Part shown: positions 58,168 through 64,000 of the stretch, piece by piece
Position numbering within the stretch: position 1 is the stretch's first letter
Layout of the letters: every line of letters begins with the position of its first letter
Source: Podarcis cretensis
Taxonomy: Eukaryota
NCBI GenBank assembly: GCA_951804945.1
Contig: OX638155.1
Coordinates: 47,120,001-47,184,000, forward strand
Reading direction: 5' to 3'
DNA length: 64,000 bases
Notes under the pieces: generated by a model
Seen by the model: the letters and a program-made list of their open reading frames with translations, nothing else
Told to the model about the DNA's origin: nothing
The model's database searches: none
Position numbers and translations under genes: made by a program

Positions 58168-58450
58168 GGGACACGGGTGGTGCTGTGGGTTAAACCACAG
58201 AGCCTAGGGCTGCCAACCTAGCAGTTTGAAAGCACATCAATGGGCAAGTAGATAAATGGGTACCGCTCCGGCAGGAAGGTAAACGGTGTTTCCATGCGCT
58301 GCTCTGGTTCGCCAGAAGCGGCTTAGTCATGCTGGCCTCATGACCTGGAAGCTGTACGCCGGCTCCCTTGGCCAGTAAAGCGAGATGAGCGCCAGCAACC
58401 CCAGAGCCGGCCATGACTGGACCTAACGGTCAGGGGTCCCTTTACCTTTA
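58168..58450 (+). mobile_element. Sauria SINE with internal deletion
   Basis: Aligns to the 12534 copy; TSD AATAA(G/C)TCCAG. Confidence 0.9.
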
Positions 58451-61400
58451 CAATAACTCCAGATTTGATCCAAGAAGCCTTAGTCCAGAATTTCAAATCA
58501 GCAACAAGATATTATTCCTGCTTTTGAAACAATTCATCTGGGTGAGTCAATTAATGTCTGTTTTGCACGTGTTTGGAGAGTAATGCAACTGTTTTGACGA
58601 AAAGTGTGAATTCTTAATCTGTAGGAAATGGTTTTCAGTTGTTTGACTTGCATGTGACTATATAGTTTGAGTATAATACTGTATATGTTATCAGTGCTTG
58701 CACACTAATGGTGCTTATTATCTTGTATTACATTATGATTACATTACAGAAAGCTGTGTATTGCTTCCAGTGTCTCTCTCCGTGTTTACAAAAGTAAACA
58801 TTTATATAAGTAGACTTTGTTATTAATTCTGCTATATCTATCTAGGGGAGCGTTATTGTATGGTTCTTCAGAGGCCAAGGAAAGCCAGATAAAATGGTTT
58901 TATTAAAATTTATTTTAGTAGCAGCACGTATATGGTATGAGGTCTACCAGGAATCATTCACAGCAAGTTAGCTTTTATAGGGAGTGTGAGTCCTGACTGA
59001 AACAAGAGTTTGGATCTGTTCCAGATTATGCAGTGTTAGAACTACTAGAAAAATATGGAGTGGACTTCTAAACATTGCAGCTGCCAGAATCAAAATTGCA
59101 GGACGCTACATCTCCGAATGTTGCAGGAGGTAAGATAGCAATGTCTACTGCCTGCCTTCTTTCTCACTGGCTCTCTGTGTGGCATACTCAGAGCCCTGAT
59201 CAATTCCAGGATGCTGGGGAGAGGGGGAACAGAACCAAAGAGGAAATGGGCAGGAGAAGTCACATTTGCTTTATTTTTGGTTGCTGGAAGAGATTATGTT
59301 CTCCCACTCAGATCCTGGCAGTCCAAATGGCAGCTTCTCGTGCTTGGGTAGAATAGTCCATAACTTGGGAAGACAGAAAATATCCTGGCAGGGAGGTGGA
59401 TATAAATCCACTGGATTATGAACTGGATATAAATCAAAAGCTGGATAAAATAAATACAATAAGTAATAAATAATCAATAGTCCTGCTCTTGTACTCAAGA
59501 AGAAATAAATAGGAAGAACATTTAATAAACTGAGCAGCACTAATTGCATGCCTAGATGTCAAGCAGATGAATAAACATCAAGACAATGGACCTTGGCTAA
59601 TTTGTTTTGCAATTTCCCTTTTTATCATAACCTAAGGAGGCAGCTAAAATGACTGCTTTTGGTTAACAATAGGTGCATTATCCATTATGTTTTACTTGTA
59701 AAGTGGCATATAAAGGAGTGCAATGGGCTTAGGTCACCTGCCTCTACAGGGGATTAAAAAGGGGAAAAAATCTGTCTTTAATCCTTTCGTTCTCCTAGAT
59801 GCTCACTTGGCAAAAGATGCATTTCATCAGATGCTGAAAGCCATTCCAAGGTGTCTTGCCAAATATTGGCCATGGTAGTTACTAAAAGATGTGTAGTAAC
59901 AATAAAGCCAGTGTGTCTCCAGTGAGGGCGGTGTGGATGTGTCACTCCCAGGGCTGAGTTCACTCCAGTATTTTAACCTGATTATCTGCTGGAAAAACTA
60001 GGGTGGGGGGAGCCTCTGTACTGGGGTGTTGTTAGGGTTTTTTTTGGGGGGGGATTGTTGTTGCTGTTATTGGCTTTTTTGTATTTTTATTTTTAGATCT
60101 TGTGATCTATGTGGAAATGGTTCAGCTTGGTTGTGTGTCTTTCAATGTTTTATTTACGACTACTTTTGTTATGTTGTGGTCATGTGTTTTTCATGTTGTA
60201 AGCTGCCTGGAGCATGGTTTGAACCACAGAAAGTTGGTGTAGAAATAAAATGAGGTGTGCATGTATGTATGTACCACTTGGCAGTGGAGTTTGTCCTTAT
60301 AGGAGTTCAGTGTTAAATCTTTCTTGGGTGGAAGTCCATTAAAAGTGTGTGTTTCAGGTACCAGAGGAAGGAAATGTCACTAGCCAGGTGATCACGGTTA
60401 ACATTAGTTCCATGTACTTCTAGTAAACATGAAGCTAGACCCTCCTAGAAAACCATAAAACTGTTCTGCCAAGATGGTACCAGGAAGCCCACCTCTCTTG
60501 TCTCTCTCCGTTTAAAAGGTCCATCTGGTCCCAATTAATTGCTGAACAGGTAGCAGTTTCATTGTTATAGCTTAGAAAGGTGTTAAGAGATCTGGAAGTG
60601 GGTGCTCATAAATTATTACCCCAGACTAGGCTTTACCTCAACAATCCTCATACAGGTAATGACTGGTGGCGGCTAATTAATTGATCTGTCTCTCACTGCT
60701 GCAGACTTTGTTAGCTCAGCAGCCAAATTGCTCTGCATGGAGTGTTTATCAGGGAATCTGTGTCTGCAACCTCTCTCCCTGTTTTAAAATAACAGCTAGC
60801 AATGGCCTTCCATTCACTTGCAAATTCCTCATTAGGTCTTTAGTAAGAGGTGTGGAGTAAAAACCCCTCCCCCAATCCCCATCCCTCCCACTCTGAGAAC
60901 AGTGAATTAATTACAATAATATTAATTACATTATCTATCCTGGCATAGCAATCAGTGTTTTAAAACACAATCTGTTGCACATGGATTGGGACTAGATGGC
61001 TACAAAGAGCGCTGCAAAAAAAAAAAAAAAAAAGGCTCAAAATGCCCCATTTGCGGCAAAGATATGGTATACCTCTCTTGCTATTTATACCCAAATGTGT
61101 CAATTTTTAAAATAAACTTCAGGAGTCGTCCCTGCCCCTGCCCCCAGCTCTATTTGCTTGTAATGGCATTTGCTCTCTGATGCTTCTTGTTACTTGTGGA
61201 CCACTCCAGCTTTCCATGAAGACAGTGGAACATCCTATAATTACTTGGGAAGGAGGCATCTCTATCTTGTGATTTTGTTGATGGCTGTACTTGACTGGTG
61301 TTTTGATGAACACAAGGAACAGATTGTTTTCACTAAGCTGTGATTGGGGGGGGGGGTTCACTGCTAAAGAACAAAACCAAAACAAAACTGAGAGACTTAA

Positions 61401-61809
61401 GACAGAACTACAGAAGTTTTCTTTACCAGAGTAGTTATTCCTCATAAAATATCAGTAGCAGTAGCATGCTTTAGCAACCAAAACTGCATTGGACCAGCCT
61501 TATGGTTCTGCATGTGAGGAAGAGTACATGTGGCCCTTGGAAAGGTACACACAGAAATAATAATATGGAGGAGTATTGTTTTTGTTTGTAATTATGGTAT
61601 GCAACAACAACAACTGCCAAATTATATCCAGTGTGTAACCAGTATGGAGCTCTGCAGTTTATCGTACTGGTAGGAACAGCTATCCTTTGCAATAATAATG
61701 TGATTTTTCTATGAGCTGAGCTTGGTGTGTTCCTTCCATATCATCTTCCAAAATAAGATTTGCCTATTCTAGTTTGAAAATGATACCCTTCCCCCCTCAC
61801 CTCCCTTTG

Positions 61810-62456
61810 GGGAAGGGCCGGAGCTAAGTGGTAGAGCAAGGTCTTTGCATGCAGAGGGTCCTTGGCTCAATCCTCAATTGTTGTTGTTGTTGTTTAGTTG
61901 TTTAGTCATGTCCGACTCTTCGTGACCCCATGGACCAGAGCATGCCAGGCACTCCTGTCTTCCACTGCCTCCCACAGTTTGGTCAAACTCATGCTGGTAG
62001 CTTTGAGAACACTGTCCAACCATCTCGTCCTCTGTCGTCCCCTTCTCCTTGTGCCCTCCATCTTTCCCAACATCAGGGTCTTTTCCTGGGAGTCTTCTCT
62101 TCTCATGAGGTGGCCAAGGTATTGGAGCCTCAGCTTCAGGATCTGTCCTTCCAGTGAGCACTCAGGGCTGATTTCCTTAAGAATGGATAGGTTTGATCTT
62201 CTTGCAGTCCATAGGACTCTCAGGAGTCTCCTCCAGCACCACAATTCAAAGGCATCAATTCTTTGACGATCAGCCTTCTTTATGGTCCAGCTCTCACTTC
62301 CATACATCACTACTGGGAAAACCATGGCTTTAACTATACGGTGTAAAGGTAAGAGACTCTTGCCTGAAACCCTGGAAAGTCACTGCCAGTCACTGCAGAA
62401 GGAGCTAGACTGACCAAAGGTCAGACTTAATATAAAGCAGCAGCTTCCTATGTTCC
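61810..62456 (+). mobile_element. Squam3-like tRNA SINE split by a Bov-B insertion
   Basis: Head gctaagtggtagagc...ctcaatcc (61810-61877); body resumes ~62347 and ends cagcttcctatgttcct. Confidence 0.7.
61878..62341 (-). mobile_element. Bov-B (RTE clade) LINE 3' fragment
   Basis: MVFPVVMYGSESWTIKKADRQRIDAFELWCWRRLLRV...VHGVTKSRT is the Bov-B ORF C-terminus; (CAA)n tail. Confidence 0.92.
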
Positions 62457-64000
62457 TTTCATATACTGTGCAATTGATGAATTTGAAAGAGACAGAAAGG
62501 TAGCTTTAAAAAACAGGTGGTTAGATGTAAGCATGTAGAATGCTAGTGAAGAGAGGTGTGCAAAAACCCTGAATTATCTAAAGCTGTGAGGAACAGTGCA
62601 ATCTTTCTATGAGAGCATGCAAAGCCAAAAGCACTAGATGCAAATACAGCATAAGCAATGCTAAGCAACCCTCACTAAGAGAGAAGCAGATTACTCTGCC
62701 TTAGTCATATTTCTTGCAAGGGCAGCGAGCAAAAATGCACATCCTTGGAGGCCTAAGGCAGTATGTTTGGGATTTCCTCCCTCTTCCACTGGTGTAGGAA
62801 ACAATACTTTACATGAGAGCAGAACAGTCATTTAGATTCTACATAAAATCATGGCTAGGTGCTCTTCCAAGTAACTGATTGGCACAGTTCCCCATCTGTC
62901 TATTATTTACAAAATCTAAGGACCCCCTTTGCATAAAAGAGATGACTTTGGAAGGAGGAGGGAGGGAGGGTAACAGCCAAACCCAGTGAAGCTGAAATCA
63001 ACCATGAGGTTCTAACCCAGGGAACGCCCAGGACTGAAGAGGAAGGAAGAGGGTTTCCTGGGAAAGAAAGAACTTTATTGACCTTTAAAAACTAACCTAA
63101 ACAGCCAGAGTTGGCTCTATTGTCTGAGGGAGGCTTAATCCAATGGAAGCTGAGAGGGGGAAATGAAATAAATATCAGAGACCTATAATACAAACAACAA
63201 ACACCACCCTCACCCAGTGTTGTCGTTTGTCCCCTGCTGAGAACAGACCCCCTATTGTGGAAGGCACATCAGAGACACAGCTTGTACCCAAAAGCTTAAA
63301 GCTGGAATACAGTTGATCCCAATAAATTCACATTCTACCTGTATCAATGCACCCCTATTTGTTGGCTCCCTGGAAAATTACTAGTAACTTCCTTAAATTA
63401 TTATGTTCCTTTCACTTAAAAAAAAAAAAATCAGCTGTGATGTTCATTAGTGTGTGTGTGTTGTGTGCATGCATTTTTTAAAAATTACCCCTTTGAGGTA
63501 TAAAATGAGGGAACAATTTGAAACTCAATGTGAGAGATCTCAAAGGAACAAAGCAGCACAAATAGTGGGTTATTCATGCATGGTGGGCTATTGATTTTTG
63601 TAAATGTTACATGCCTATACAGTGTGCCAAGGAACATTTGTTTTAAGTATCTTAATTATTCAGGTTTGCACAAGCATTTATCCTCTTCCCTCCTTCTCTT
63701 CTGATTTGATATAACTGGGACAATATAGGACATGAACAGGCCTGGTTCCTCAGCCTGAGCAGTTCTTCACTCAAGAAGCTGATACGGAAGGAAGGGGGGG
63801 GACACCTTTCCTCACCTCCTCCTCTTTGAAAGGGGGCCCGAGGCGATGACCTCGACAGCGCCCAGCTCCTGAAACCTCACACTGCTGCACAAGCACCACA
63901 CTATACCCCTTAACTTTATAAAATTATATTCTTCCCTCCGGACTCCATGATGCTACCCTCAGCCCCATAATCCTCAAACCGACAGGTCACGTACACAGGA

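Noticed and set aside
61820-61875. tRNA-like sequence
   Set aside because: SINE head; no complete cloverleaf
62793-63270. Possible additional LTR
   Set aside because: Could not find matching TG...CA ends with a TSD

Overview
Vertebrate genomic DNA from a squamate, probably a lacertid lizard (inferred from the repeat content: Sauria SINEs with (ACCTTT)n tails, Squam3-like SINEs, Bov-B, CR1). The window holds the first two coding exons of ABHD3 (minus strand), head-to-head with a complete 21-exon MIB1 gene (plus strand, 7541-47577). The MIB1 exons sum to 3021 nt (1006 aa plus stop) and all introns are GT-AG. MIB1 intron 12 carries the muscle miR-1-2/miR-133a-1 cluster on the opposite strand, with a candidate TATA/CArG/MEF2 promoter, intragenic intron and polyA signal. 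The last ~14 kb has no recognisable gene and, by synteny knowledge, is probably the desert towards GATA6. Most ORFs in the supplied track are spurious or repeat-derived. I found no demonstrably new biological system. The best leads are a twin-primed Sauria SINE with a target-site duplication (TSD), a solo retroviral LTR with a 6-bp TSD, a decayed Penelope hammerhead ribozyme, candidate poison exons and uORFs, an oriented set of CTCF motifs, an 82-bp duplication spanning exon 12, and a 34-bp hairpin downstream of MIB1.
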